A stretch of 60,370 nt of DNA from Clostridia bacterium (GCA_024404825.1 JAKSPM010000001.1:1-60370), one strand, 5' to 3'; counted from the stretch's first letter, positions 37,085 through 47,317 are shown. Notes: generated by a model from the sequence alone, not told the origin. Program-made: numbers and translations.

Positions 37085-37091
37085 TTCTTTA

Positions 37092-38567
37092 TCACAAGAT
37101 AATGCAGATCAGGCCGTTGCAGCCTTCGTTGATAATGCGGCCGATGGTATCACGCATTTTCAGTCTTGCCGTGTCCGGCATCCGTTTGAGCTTGGAGGTC
37201 AGGCCGTCATTGACAAGCTCATATACTGACTTGCCGAAGATGTTGCTCTGCCAGAGCTTTTCGGGGCTGCCCTCGTATTCCTTCATTAAGTATTCCACCA
37301 AATCGGACGACTGCTGCTCGTCGCCTACCATGGGGCAGATCTCGGTACGGATGGCACACTTTATCATATGCACGGCATCGGCCTTTGCGCGCAGCTTGAC
37401 GCCGTAAGCACTGCCCTTTTTGACGATCTCCGGCACGTCCAGCTCCATATCCTCCGCATTCGGCATCACGATGCCGTAGCCGCTTGCCTCCACCTCGGCA
37501 AGCGCCGTTTTCATGCGGTCATACTCGCGCTTGATTATGGACAATTCTTCCAAATAATGAATGAGATCGGCATCGTTTTTGATTTCCAGTCCGCTCTTTT
37601 CCCCGAGCACTGTATAAAACAGGTTTTCCGGGAATTGCAGCTCCGCAAGCACAACGCCTCTGCCGGGATCGATCTGACGGATCCTGTAACCGTTTAGGCC
37701 CTGCCGGTCGGCAATTTCACGGATGACAGACTCTGTCTGCATCAGGCGCGATACCCCGCTGATTCTCTCACGAAGTGCCCCAAACAGGCCGGATTTTAAC
37801 GGATGCGAGGTCTCCAATGCACAGATCCATGCAGGCAGAAAGATTTGCAGCTCTCGAAGCGGGAATTCATAGAGGATCGCTGAAAGGAGCTCGCTGATCT
37901 CCTGCTCGGCCATGCTCTGACAATCCGTGCAGATACATTTGACACCATAGTCCTGCTCTAATTGAAGGCGGATGTCCTGCGCAGCCTGCTCCTGCGGCGC
38001 GCTCGAGTTGACAATGACCACAAAGGGCTTGCCCGTCTTCTGCATATCCTCGATCGCCCGCCGCTCAGAAGAAACATAGTCCTCACGTTCGATGTCGGTG
38101 ATCGTGCCGTCTGTTGTGATGACTACACCGACAGTGCTGTGCTCCTCCATCACCTTTTGCGTGCCGAGCTCTGCGGCATCCGTCATCGGGATCTCCGTGT
38201 CTAGCCAGGGCGTTGTTACCATCCGAGGCTTTCCGTCCTCACTGGCGCCGATGGCACCCGGAATCATGTAGCCGACGGAGTCAATCATGCGGACGCGGAG
38301 CTTTGCCGTTCCGTCCGGCGAGATTGCGACTGCTTCCTCGGGAACGAATTTCGGCTCGGCGGTCATGATCGTTTTTCCTGAGGCACTCTGCGGAAGCTCA
38401 TCCTTTGCCCGCTCCTGCCAGTAGGGATCGTCGATATTCGGAATGACGACAGTCTCCATAAATCGCTTGATAAAGGTCGATTTGCCTGTTCTCACAGGGC
38501 CGACGACGCCGATATAGATATCGCCGCCCGTGCGTTTGGCGATTTCCTGATAGATATTCTGTTTCAT
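37092..38567 (-). CDS. spoIVA: stage IV sporulation protein A
   Basis: 491 aa. The N-terminus IYQEIAKRTGGDIYIGVVGPVRTGKSTFIKRFM (Walker A) is diagnostic. Confidence 0.92.
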   Translation of the reverse strand: MKQNIYQEIAKRTGGDIYIGVVGPVRTGKSTFIKRFMETVVIPNIDDPYWQERAKDELPQSASGKTIMTAEPKFVPEEAVAISPDGTAKLRVRMIDSVGYMIPGAIGASEDGKPRMVTTPWLDTEIPMTDAAELGTQKVMEEHSTVGVVITTDGTITDIEREDYVSSERRAIEDMQKTGKPFVVIVNSSAPQEQAAQDIRLQLEQDYGVKCICTDCQSMAEQEISELLSAILYEFPLRELQIFLPAWICALETSHPLKSGLFGALRERISGVSRLMQTESVIREIADRQGLNGYRIRQIDPGRGVVLAELQFPENLFYTVLGEKSGLEIKNDADLIHYLEELSIIKREYDRMKTALAEVEASGYGIVMPNAEDMELDVPEIVKKGSAYGVKLRAKADAVHMIKCAIRTEICPMVGDEQQSSDLVEYLMKEYEGSPEKLWQSNIFGKSVYELVNDGLTSKLKRMPDTARLKMRDTIGRIINEGCNGLICIIL

Positions 38568-38586
38568 TTTGATTCCTCCCCTGCCG

Positions 38587-40098
38587 TCACATCGGGATCA
38601 GAAGAAGCGTCTCGGACATGGCCGCTTCCTCTTGCAGGCCGTTTGCTTCCATGATTTTCTGTACCGTTGTGCGGTAGGACTTTGCGATCGACCACAGGCT
38701 TTCCTCCTGTCCGATCCGGCGCAGAATCAAAGACGGCCGCTCCGCTTCCTCTTCGATCGGCTCTGTCTTTCCGCCGCAGATACCCCGGATCTCCTGCGCG
38801 GCATAGCTGTCTGCAACGCTGACGATCGGGCATCTCAGCTCTGTCTGTCCTCCGTTCATCACCGCACACGGCTCTGTGAGCAGGATCCCGGCACGGCACT
38901 GGCCGTTCGGCGAAAGACTCATATCCGAAGAATGTTCAATATGCACCGTTCTGCCTTGGAGCTGGTTGTCCTGATCGTAATACAGAAGATTCACATTCAG
39001 GGCGTATTGAAGGCACAGCGTATCCCCGTTACGGTTTTGACGCACCTGCTCGGGGTAGGCATAGACATCGACTGTTTTTTTGATCGGCACCGTGAGCTTG
39101 CTGACCATCGTATCCCGATATTCACGATGGTCGAGAAGACCGGTCAGGCTGATGCTGTGATATTCCGGCATAAGCGTTTCCACAGTCGAATAGGCATCAG
39201 AGACAAAGGGCACCGAGCAAACGCCGAACACAGTGCATTGCGCGAGCAAATTCATATTGAGCAGAAGCCTGTGGCAGTCAAGCTGACCGTCTGTTGTAAG
39301 CTCTGCACCGGTCACGGAAAGGACGATTTCCGGCTCGCAGCCGTCACGATCCTCACTTAGCTCCACATACTGGGAAAACGGGAGCTCCGAGTCGCAGGAG
39401 TTCAGGCTTCCGTCCTGCGCACTGTAGAGGGTATGTACCCCGATCGTTCCTTTATATGCAAGCTTATTGCCGACCATTTTCTTTTCCGTGACATTCAATC
39501 GGTACTGCTCCTTCAAAATCTCCTCCACAGCGGGAAGCTCCTCCGGAAGCAGAACCTCTTCATTGACCGCAAAGCTCTTTTCCTCGGCATCCAGGCAAAG
39601 CTTCATCGGCAGAACCGAGGAATAGGTCATAATGTCCTGCTCCGGCTCCGGGAGTGTATAGGTGACGATCTGCTGCGGACTGTAGGCTGCAATGCTGCTT
39701 GCAAGGCTGAGACGAAGCATGGCCTTGCGGGAGCTTATCATCCTGGCATCCACCTGACACACCTGAAGCTGTATCTGTACCTTGTCATTGACCTCCAGCC
39801 GCTCGATCTCCTTTTTTACGGTAAAAGGAAGATACGTTTGCAGCAGTTTCGGCTTCTGTTCGCCCTCCGGGACATAAAGGATCCCGCCGCGCACACCGCC
39901 CGATACCGTGACGATGCCCGTACCGACCTCCTTTTGCCGAAGCTGTACCGCGGCAAAGCTGTCAACGACCCGGAAAATATCCGGCCAGCCCTCCGGCACG
40001 ATGATCTCCGCGGTTTCCTCCTGTATCACGGTATCATGGAACAACTGCTCCATGCACTGTGTTCGATTTTCCTGAAACGCAAGCTCCATTGCATCCAC
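38587..40098 (-). CDS. SipL/SpoVID-like spore morphogenetic protein (SPOCS/DUF3794-type repeats plus a C-terminal LysM domain)
   Basis: The C-terminal LysM is LILRRIGQEESLWSIAKSYRTTVQKIMEANGL. It lies immediately upstream of spoIVA in the same orientation. The family call for the N-terminal region rests on memory of DUF3794 architecture. Confidence 0.5.
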   Translation of the reverse strand: MDAMELAFQENRTQCMEQLFHDTVIQEETAEIIVPEGWPDIFRVVDSFAAVQLRQKEVGTGIVTVSGGVRGGILYVPEGEQKPKLLQTYLPFTVKKEIERLEVNDKVQIQLQVCQVDARMISSRKAMLRLSLASSIAAYSPQQIVTYTLPEPEQDIMTYSSVLPMKLCLDAEEKSFAVNEEVLLPEELPAVEEILKEQYRLNVTEKKMVGNKLAYKGTIGVHTLYSAQDGSLNSCDSELPFSQYVELSEDRDGCEPEIVLSVTGAELTTDGQLDCHRLLLNMNLLAQCTVFGVCSVPFVSDAYSTVETLMPEYHSISLTGLLDHREYRDTMVSKLTVPIKKTVDVYAYPEQVRQNRNGDTLCLQYALNVNLLYYDQDNQLQGRTVHIEHSSDMSLSPNGQCRAGILLTEPCAVMNGGQTELRCPIVSVADSYAAQEIRGICGGKTEPIEEEAERPSLILRRIGQEESLWSIAKSYRTTVQKIMEANGLQEEAAMSETLLLIPM

Positions 40099-40221
40099 TC
40101 CTCGTTCATCAGTTCGTTATCATGCCGCCGCTGCACCGAATCATACGTCAGAGGCGGATGTTTTTCCGTGGTAGATATATACGCAGGGCTTGTCCGTTCC
40201 ATGCAAGTTTTTTTGGGTGCT

Positions 40222-40371
40222 TCATCGCTTTTTTGCAATCAGGCAGCCGGCCGCGACACAGACAATGCCGATCATTGCTGCGATCACGCCTGAGGAAAAG
40301 ATGATCGACAGCAGCATCCCTGCCCCGAAGCTCATGATTGCTGTTCCGATTGCCTCCGTTTTTCTGCACAT
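40222..40371 (-). CDS. possible 49-aa hydrophobic peptide
   Basis: My own translation gives MCRKTEAIGTAIMSFGAGMLLSIIFSSGVIAAMIGIVCVAAGCLIAKKR. A GGAGG RBS lies 5 nt upstream (8 nt from its last G to the ATG) but is embedded in the 3' arm of the rsgA terminator. The ORF is below the ORF-track cut-off. Confidence 0.3.
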   Translation of the reverse strand: MCRKTEAIGTAIMSFGAGMLLSIIFSSGVIAAMIGIVCVAAGCLIAKKR

Positions 40372-40408
40372 AAAAACCGCCTCCTGCAAAAGTATACGCA
40401 GGAGGCGG
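40372..40408 (-). terminator. intrinsic terminator after rsgA
   Basis: The minus strand reads CCGCCTCCTGC-gtatactttt-GCAGGAGGCGG followed by TTTTT. Confidence 0.65.
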
Positions 40409-40423
40409 CCATTTCATATGCAA

Positions 40424-41311
40424 TTATTTTGGCAGTTCCCAAAGCTTGATGCCCTTTGCGCTCTCATACAGGCGCACATAGCTGTCATAGCGGGTCTGCC
40501 CGATCTGCCCATCTGTCAATGCCTGACGGACACAGCACCCGGGCTCCTTTATGTGGGCGCAGTCACGGAACTGACATTGACCGAGATACGGTGCAAAATC
40601 CGGGAAGGCATATTGCAGTTCTTCTTTGACGACCAGTTCCATCTGCTCGGTATCAAAGGAGGAAAAGCCGGGCGTATCCGCAATGCAGGTGCCGTCGGGA
40701 AGCTCGTAAAGCTCCACATGGCGCGTTGTATGCCTGCCACGGCCGAGCTTTTCGGAGACCTCGCCGGTTTGAATGGCAAAGTCCGGGCAGAGGGCATTTA
40801 AGATGCTGCTCTTGCCGACACCGGAGTTCCCGGTAAAGGCAACGGTCTTTCCGGAAATCTCTTTTCGAAGCTCGTCGACGCCTTCCCCGGTCTCGGCACT
40901 GGTCTCGATCACGCGGAAGCCCGCGTGGCGATAGATAGTGCAAAGGTTTTCTCCGGGGTCCAGGTCGATCTTGTTGACACAGAGGATCACAGGAACATCC
41001 CGGCTTCCCGCGATCGCCGCAACGCGGTCGATCAGAAACGGGTCGGTGATCGGATTGCTGTTGGCAGCAAGCAGCACCAACGCATCCAAATTTGCGACCG
41101 GCGGACGGATGAAGCTGTTTCTGCGCGGGAGCAGCTGTTCGATCACGCCCTTTTTGCCAGTCATGGAAATCAGCACCTCGTCACCGACCAGGGGCGTCAG
41201 ATTTTCCTTGCGCATTTTGCCTCTCGGCTTACATTCCACAAGGCCGTCTTCGCATTTCACATAATAGAAGCCACTCAGGGCTTTCATGATTCTGCCCTGT
41301 TTCTCAGCCAT
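40424..41311 (-). CDS. rsgA: ribosome small-subunit-dependent GTPase A
   Basis: Circularly permuted GTPase (NKIDL .. GNSGVGKSS) with the C-terminal zinc motif CQFRDCAHIKEPGC. Confidence 0.9.
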   Translation of the reverse strand: MAEKQGRIMKALSGFYYVKCEDGLVECKPRGKMRKENLTPLVGDEVLISMTGKKGVIEQLLPRRNSFIRPPVANLDALVLLAANSNPITDPFLIDRVAAIAGSRDVPVILCVNKIDLDPGENLCTIYRHAGFRVIETSAETGEGVDELRKEISGKTVAFTGNSGVGKSSILNALCPDFAIQTGEVSEKLGRGRHTTRHVELYELPDGTCIADTPGFSSFDTEQMELVVKEELQYAFPDFAPYLGQCQFRDCAHIKEPGCCVRQALTDGQIGQTRYDSYVRLYESAKGIKLWELPK

Positions 41312-43271
41312 AGATTTTCTGCGTGTCGAAATTGACCGTGATGTCCTTATAGCCGTCGCCGGTATAGATACGGAACACCTTTGTTCCGGTGCCGGTCAGG
41401 GTGACGACACATTCATTGACCCCTGCTTCGACTTCGGTCGAGAAAACGATCTCGCCCGATTCGCGATCCTCTACGCTGACGGTAAAGGCTTCCTCGGGAT
41501 GGTCGGAAAGGGGGACGGTATAAGACAGTGTAACGGGCTGAGGCTCCGGCGGCTCGGTCTCCTTGGGTCCCTGCGAAACCGTAAGCTTGATGGTTGTTCC
41601 CTCTTCTACGCTCGTGCCCTGACTGATGGACTGGGCGATCACGGTATCCTTTTCCGCTGCGTCTTCCACATATTCATAATCTGCCTTCAGATTATAGCTG
41701 CTGCTTGTCAGAAGAGAAATGGCGTTGGAGATGGTCATGCCGGTCACCTTGGGTACCTCAACGGGGTCCTTTCCCTTGCTGATGTACAGCTTGACGGTAT
41801 CGCCGGAGGAAACATCGGAATATGCTGCAGGCTCGGTACGAATGACGAGGCCGGATTCGACCTTATCGTCATTGACCTCTTCTACCCTAATAATGATATC
41901 CAGCTTCAGGTTGTTGATCGACTTTTCTGCATCTGCGCGAGTCATGTGTACGACATCGGGCAATTTTTCCGATTTTTTGCCGCTGGAAACGGTCAGCTTG
42001 ATCTGACGGGTTCCCTTAATTTCGGAGCCGGCATCGAGGCTCTGACGGATAATCATACCCTCTTCTTCGCTGGCCACTTCCTTCTCGATTTCAAAGGTCA
42101 GGTAATCATAATCGGAAAGATTGATCTCATCATACATTTTTCCGACAAACTGCGGAACCGTATGGAGTTGCTGATCAGAGGTGCTTTTCGTCGGCTCTCC
42201 CTTGGGTGCGGGACTGTCCTTAAACTGATAAATCAGGAATGTTATCAAGCCGATCAGCACCATTGCGCAGGCAACGATGGCAATGATGATGGGAAGATTG
42301 TTATTCTCCGATTTTTTCTTTGCCGGAGCCGTACGCTGCTGCTCGCGGTTCGGCGCATAGCCCGCCTTTTGCTCGGCAAGATTCTTTGCCGTGCGGCGAA
42401 CAGGTGCAACCGCCGCCGGCTGTACCGCTACGCCGAAAATGATCGCGGGATTCTTGCGGAATTCCTCCATATCGCGGAGCATATCCGTGGCAGAGTCATA
42501 ACGCTTGTCCAGTTCGACCTCCATGGACTTGAGGATGATCTGCTCCAGGCCTTTGGGAATTGAGGAATTGAGCTGACACGGCGAAAGTAAATTGCCGTTG
42601 ATGTGCTGGATCGCCACGGCAACAGGCGTCTCGCCGTCATAGGGCGGCTTTCCGGTCAGCATTTGATACATGACAACACCGAGAGAATAGAGGTCGGCAC
42701 GGTTATCCACGCGGCTGCCCTTCGCCTGCTCGGGAGAAATGTAGTGCACAGAACCGAGTGCCTCACGTGTGAGGGTGCTCTGAGACGAGACGATGCGTGC
42801 AATGCCGAAGTCTGCGACCTTGACGCTGCCGTCCTTCAGAATCATAATGTTGTGCGGCTTGATGTCACGGTGAACGATGCCGCGGCTGTGGGCGTGCTCC
42901 AGTGCCTTTGCGATCTGCATGGAAAAATGCAGACTCTCCCGCCAGTTGATGATGCTCTTCTTGTCCATATACTGCTTGAGCGTGATGCCCTCGATCAGTT
43001 CCATGACGATATAATCAATATCGCCGCTGCGAGAGACGTCATAAACACTGACAATATTCGGGTGAGAAAGCATGGCAACCGCCTGCGATTCCGCATGGAA
43101 GCGGCGGCGGAATTCCTCGTCCTTGGAGAATTCGTCCTTTAATATTTTAATGGCAACCATTCGGTTCAAACGGTGGCACAATGCCTTATAGACCACTGCC
43201 ATGCCGCCGGTACCGATGACCTCTAATATTTCATAGCGATTGTCGAGCAATCTTCCTATGTAATTTTCCAT
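41304..43271 (-). CDS. prkC: Ser/Thr protein kinase with PASTA repeats
   Basis: Hanks kinase motifs (GTGGMAVVYKA, HRDIKPHNI, DFGIA), one TM segment, then three PASTA-like repeats. Confidence 0.9.
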   Translation of the reverse strand: MENYIGRLLDNRYEILEVIGTGGMAVVYKALCHRLNRMVAIKILKDEFSKDEEFRRRFHAESQAVAMLSHPNIVSVYDVSRSGDIDYIVMELIEGITLKQYMDKKSIINWRESLHFSMQIAKALEHAHSRGIVHRDIKPHNIMILKDGSVKVADFGIARIVSSQSTLTREALGSVHYISPEQAKGSRVDNRADLYSLGVVMYQMLTGKPPYDGETPVAVAIQHINGNLLSPCQLNSSIPKGLEQIILKSMEVELDKRYDSATDMLRDMEEFRKNPAIIFGVAVQPAAVAPVRRTAKNLAEQKAGYAPNREQQRTAPAKKKSENNNLPIIIAIVACAMVLIGLITFLIYQFKDSPAPKGEPTKSTSDQQLHTVPQFVGKMYDEINLSDYDYLTFEIEKEVASEEEGMIIRQSLDAGSEIKGTRQIKLTVSSGKKSEKLPDVVHMTRADAEKSINNLKLDIIIRVEEVNDDKVESGLVIRTEPAAYSDVSSGDTVKLYISKGKDPVEVPKVTGMTISNAISLLTSSSYNLKADYEYVEDAAEKDTVIAQSISQGTSVEEGTTIKLTVSQGPKETEPPEPQPVTLSYTVPLSDHPEEAFTVSVEDRESGEIVFSTEVEAGVNECVVTLTGTGTKVFRIYTGDGYKDITVNFDTQKIYG

Positions 43272-43313
43272 TGTTTACCTCCCTGCGTTCAGGTTCATAT
43301 TGGGATCCCCTGC

Positions 43314-44045
43314 TCAAAGGCAGACGAGAACAGATGTCACATTGTCCGGTGCGCCTCTGTCCTTTGCGATCTGGAGAAGGCGCTTGCAGCAGTCGCTCTT
43401 CTTTGTGCCGTGAAGCACCTCGAAGAGGATCTCCTGATCTGCGAGCAGATTGGAAAGACCGTCCGAGCAAAGTAGGAACTGCTCGTCCTTGGAAAGCTCT
43501 AACCGGAAAATATCACATTCAACAGCACGCTCCGTGCCGACGGCACGGGTAATCAGGTTTTTCTGCGGATGGGTGCGTGCCTGTTCTTTGGAGATCTCGC
43601 CGCGCTGTACCATCATTTCGACCAGGGAATGATCCTTGGACACACAGGAAATGCCGTCCTCATTGATGCGATACACACGGCTGTCACCGACATTTGCGGC
43701 AACCGCAAAATCATCTTTAATCAATATGGCAACAAGGGTCGTTCCCATGCCTGCAAAATCTTCCGAAAGCTGGGAATGTTCATAGACCGCTTGATTTGCA
43801 AGGCTACAGGCCTCGCGCAGCACTGCCTCTGCCTTTTCCAAAGTCAGCTCCGGGGTAAAGGATCGCTCCACCTCACTGGAAAACACATCCGAGGCAAGCT
43901 TACTTGCGACATTGCCGGATTTTGCGCCGCCCATGCCGTCACAGACAACGGCCAGCAGGCTTTTTTCTCCAAGCTGTAGGATGCGGAAATCATCCTGATT
44001 CTGTTTTCTGACAAGGCCTAAGTCAGTCAGTCCGTATACTTCCAT
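43314..44045 (-). CDS. stp: PP2C-family Ser/Thr phosphatase
   Basis: ORF trimmed to MEVYGLTDLGLVRKQNQD, which has an AGGAG RBS. VCDGMGG, GDSR and DNVTSVLV motifs. Confidence 0.88.
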   Translation of the reverse strand: MEVYGLTDLGLVRKQNQDDFRILQLGEKSLLAVVCDGMGGAKSGNVASKLASDVFSSEVERSFTPELTLEKAEAVLREACSLANQAVYEHSQLSEDFAGMGTTLVAILIKDDFAVAANVGDSRVYRINEDGISCVSKDHSLVEMMVQRGEISKEQARTHPQKNLITRAVGTERAVECDIFRLELSKDEQFLLCSDGLSNLLADQEILFEVLHGTKKSDCCKRLLQIAKDRGAPDNVTSVLVCL

Positions 44046-45108
44046 CGCTCTGCTCCTTTCCTTCTTTTTCATAGTTTCTGCGGAGCTGTCCGCAAGATGC
44101 GTCGATATCGCTGCCTAACGTGCGGCGTACCGTCGCGGTGATCCCGTGTTCCGTCAGCATCTTCTGGAAGCTGGCAACTTGTGCACGGGTGCTGGGCTTC
44201 AACGGGCTTTCCTCCACGTTGTTCAGAGGAATGAGATTGATATGGCTCGGCAGGCCTTTGAGCTTTTTAATGAGAAGCTGTGCCATCTCCGGTGTATCAT
44301 TGACATCGCGGATCATGGCATATTCAAAGGAGATCCTTCTGCCGGTTTTTTCAAAGTAACGGCGGCAGGCCGCAAGCAGGGTGTCCACATCATAACGGCG
44401 GTTGATCGGCATGATTTTAGAGCGTATCTCGTTATCGGGGCAATGCAGAGAGACCGACAGCGTTAATTGCAGATCTTCCTCTGCCAGACGGTCGATCTTA
44501 TCCACAAGACCGCAGGTGGACAGGCTGATGTGCCGCATACCGATGTTCATGCCCTCCGGTGCATTGACGAGCTCCAGAAAGCGCAGTACGGTGTCATAGT
44601 TATCCAGTGGCTCGCCGATGCCCATTAAGACGATGTTGGAGATCGGAAGGCCGGAATCAAGCTGTGTAAAGAGCACCTGATCGAGCATTTCCGAAGGGCG
44701 CAGGCGGCGCACGAGACCTCCGAGCGTGGAGGCACAGAAGGCACAGCCCATCGGGCAGCCGACCTCGGAGGAAATACAGACGGTGTTTCCGTGGTGATAC
44801 TGCATCAGAACGGACTCCACACAGTTACCGTCAGAAAGACGCCAAAGATATTTGATTGTTCCGTCCTTTTGGGAGGCCTGCTTCCTTGCGACGGTCGGGA
44901 CTGTCAGGAAGTATTCCTCCGACAGCTTCCTTCGAAGGTCTTTGGAAAGGTTGCTCATTTCATCGAAGCTTTTAACGCCCCGATGCAGCCACGTAAAGAC
45001 CTGCTTTGCCCGGAACTGCGGCTCGCAGATAGCTTTCAGTTCAAGCGAAAGCTCCGCAAGGGTCATGGATTTGATGTCTTTTTTCAAGCTTGTTTCCTCA
45101 TACGGCAC
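44023..45108 (-). CDS. rlmN: 23S rRNA (adenine2503-C2)-methyltransferase
   Basis: Radical SAM cluster CPMGCAFC, plus GIGEPLDN and the conserved C-terminal Cys region. Confidence 0.9.
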   Translation of the reverse strand: MPYEETSLKKDIKSMTLAELSLELKAICEPQFRAKQVFTWLHRGVKSFDEMSNLSKDLRRKLSEEYFLTVPTVARKQASQKDGTIKYLWRLSDGNCVESVLMQYHHGNTVCISSEVGCPMGCAFCASTLGGLVRRLRPSEMLDQVLFTQLDSGLPISNIVLMGIGEPLDNYDTVLRFLELVNAPEGMNIGMRHISLSTCGLVDKIDRLAEEDLQLTLSVSLHCPDNEIRSKIMPINRRYDVDTLLAACRRYFEKTGRRISFEYAMIRDVNDTPEMAQLLIKKLKGLPSHINLIPLNNVEESPLKPSTRAQVASFQKMLTEHGITATVRRTLGSDIDASCGQLRRNYEKEGKEQSDGSIRTD

Positions 45109-46391
45109 ACAAAGAAGCCGTCAGTATCATGGTCGCAGGGCAGGAAGGTCACCATGCCCGCGTTGGGAAGCTGCAACTGCTCCGGAAGCGAAATTTCATC
45201 GAGGGTGAACTCCGGATGCCCGGCCAGAAAGCGTTCGACCACTTCCTCGTTCTCTTGCTTTAAGATGGTGCAGGTACTGTAGAGCAGTACGCCGCCCGGC
45301 TTGACGTAGTTTGCCTGCGTCGAAAGGATTTTGAATTGTAGTGCCGGAAGCGCGGCAAAATCCGCAGGATCCTTATAGCGGATGTCGGGCTTCTTGCGAA
45401 TGACGCCTAGGCCGGAGCACGGCACATCGGCAATAACAAGATCGAAGCTGTGATTCCATTCCTCCCGCGGCATTGACGCATCCTGAAGCATCGGATGGAT
45501 GACGGAAAGGCCGAGGCGTTCTGCCCCGTTTTGCAGGAGCTTGATCTTATGCTCGTGAATATCACAGGAGATGATCTCCCCTGAATTTTCCATTAAGATT
45601 GCGGAGGCAAAGCTCTTGCCGCCGGGTGCGGCGCAGGCATCCAGAACACGCATCCCGGGTCTTGCACCGCCGAAAATCGCTGCAAGCTTGGCGGCGGGAT
45701 CCTGCATATAGAACTTTCCCTGCCGGAAGGCGTCGAGACGTTCAACATTGCCCGTCCCCGAAAGATAGAGACAATTCGGAAGCCACGGATGGCCGCTTGC
45801 TTCGATGGAAAGCGCCTGAAGCTCCTCGCGCAGAGCTCGCTCCCCTGTTTTTAAGGGGTTGATCTGTGCGCAGGTACGGGGTGCGGAGTTGTTGGCCTTC
45901 AGAAGCGCCTCCAGCTTCTCCTCGCCGACATTTTCCCGCAGGAGGTCAACGATCCTTTGCGGGTGACTGTAGCGGACAGATAGCGTTTCCGGCTCCGGCA
46001 AAGCGTCTTTGTTCCGTTCTACAGAGCGCAGCACGCCATTGACAAGACCGGCCGCTTGCCGATTGGCATAGTGCTTCGTCTGCTCGACCGCCTCATTGAC
46101 GGCGGCAGACGCGGGAATTTTATCGGTCTGCGTCAGCTGAAAAACGCCGAGACGCAGAATATCGAGCACGATGGGGTCTAAACGACGGATCGAGCCCTTG
46201 AGGAACGCCGAAATATAAAAATCCAGCAACTCCCGATTCTGCATGACACCGTAGCAAAGAAGACTCGCAAGTGCCGCGTCGCGCTTGTCCAGCTTGTCAC
46301 GGAGCATATATTCTTTTAATATGCCGTCCGACCAGGCTTTTTGCCGCCGTAAGGCAATGAGCGCCGTGAGCGCAGTGTCCCTTGCTGTCAT
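45084..46391 (-). CDS. rsmB: 16S rRNA (cytosine967-C5)-methyltransferase
   Basis: ORF trimmed to MTARDTALTAL, after the fmt stop. NusB-like N-domain, then DACAAPGGKS and PCSGLG motifs. Confidence 0.88.
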   Translation of the reverse strand: MTARDTALTALIALRRQKAWSDGILKEYMLRDKLDKRDAALASLLCYGVMQNRELLDFYISAFLKGSIRRLDPIVLDILRLGVFQLTQTDKIPASAAVNEAVEQTKHYANRQAAGLVNGVLRSVERNKDALPEPETLSVRYSHPQRIVDLLRENVGEEKLEALLKANNSAPRTCAQINPLKTGERALREELQALSIEASGHPWLPNCLYLSGTGNVERLDAFRQGKFYMQDPAAKLAAIFGGARPGMRVLDACAAPGGKSFASAILMENSGEIISCDIHEHKIKLLQNGAERLGLSVIHPMLQDASMPREEWNHSFDLVIADVPCSGLGVIRKKPDIRYKDPADFAALPALQFKILSTQANYVKPGGVLLYSTCTILKQENEEVVERFLAGHPEFTLDEISLPEQLQLPNAGMVTFLPCDHDTDGFFVCRMRKQA

Positions 46392-46399
46392 GGTTTCTC

Positions 46400-47317
46400 C
46401 TAAATTTCGATGGGGTGGCCGCGGAAATAATCGGCAGCCGGCATCTGCTTGCCGCCCTCGGCCTGCAAGCGGGTAATCACAACGGATTTTCCCTCCCCGC
46501 AAGCGATCTCCAGCCCCTGTTTTTTCAGCGCAAGGATCGTTCCGGGCTGCCGGTCGGTTACGGTATCGCCGGGACGCACCTCATAGATTTTGAAATGGTT
46601 TCCGCTAAGCTCTGCCGTTGCTACCGGCCACGGATTGAGTCCGCGCACATGGTCAATGATTTGTCGCTGCGTTTTGCTCCAGTCGATCGGGCAAAGCTCC
46701 TTGGTAAGCATGGGTGCAAGCGTGACAAGACGACCATCCTGCGGCGTGCGGGTATAAGTGCCTTTTTCGAGGTTGTCCAAGGTGTCGCACAGAAGGTCTG
46801 CGCCGATCACGGCAAGTCTGTCTAACAGCTCCTGGGCGGTCTCGTAAGGTTCAATGGGGGTTTTGCGAATTTCAATGATATCGCCTGCGTCAAGCGCAGC
46901 CGACATGAACATGGCAGTAACGCCGGTTTCATCAAAACCGTTCAAGATGGACCACTGTACGGGCCCGCTGCCGCGAAGAAGCGGCAAAACGCTTGCGTGG
47001 ATGTTGATGCAGCCGAGCCGCGGGATATCCAGAACGCGCTGCGGCAGGATCTTTCCGTAGGCAACCACAGCGATCACATCGGGGGCTAACGCCCGAAGCT
47101 CCTCGACCACGGCGTCATCCTTAAAGGTCGTCGGCTGATAGACCGGAAGCCCCTGTGAAACGGCATACTGCTTTACATCAGACATGGTGAGCTTCATGTG
47201 CCGCCCCTTGGGCTGGTCGATCTTCGTATAGACGCCGACAACGTCATAATTCTTCTGCACAAGTGTTTTCAAACAGGTCGCCGCAATATCCGGCGTACCC
47301 ATAAAGACGACTCTCAA
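46400..47317 (-). CDS. fmt: methionyl-tRNA formyltransferase
   Basis: MRVVFMGTPD and the HASVLPLLRG (SLLP-type) motif. 305 aa. Confidence 0.92.
   Translation of the reverse strand: MRVVFMGTPDIAATCLKTLVQKNYDVVGVYTKIDQPKGRHMKLTMSDVKQYAVSQGLPVYQPTTFKDDAVVEELRALAPDVIAVVAYGKILPQRVLDIPRLGCINIHASVLPLLRGSGPVQWSILNGFDETGVTAMFMSAALDAGDIIEIRKTPIEPYETAQELLDRLAVIGADLLCDTLDNLEKGTYTRTPQDGRLVTLAPMLTKELCPIDWSKTQRQIIDHVRGLNPWPVATAELSGNHFKIYEVRPGDTVTDRQPGTILALKKQGLEIACGEGKSVVITRLQAEGGKQMPAADYFRGHPIEI

Noticed and set aside
40099-40221. Possible sporulation-sigma (SigE/SigK-type) promoter upstream of the sipL-like gene (GCGTATATATC region).
   Set aside because: The match to the consensus elements I remember is partial and the spacing is ambiguous. 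It cannot be supported from sequence alone.
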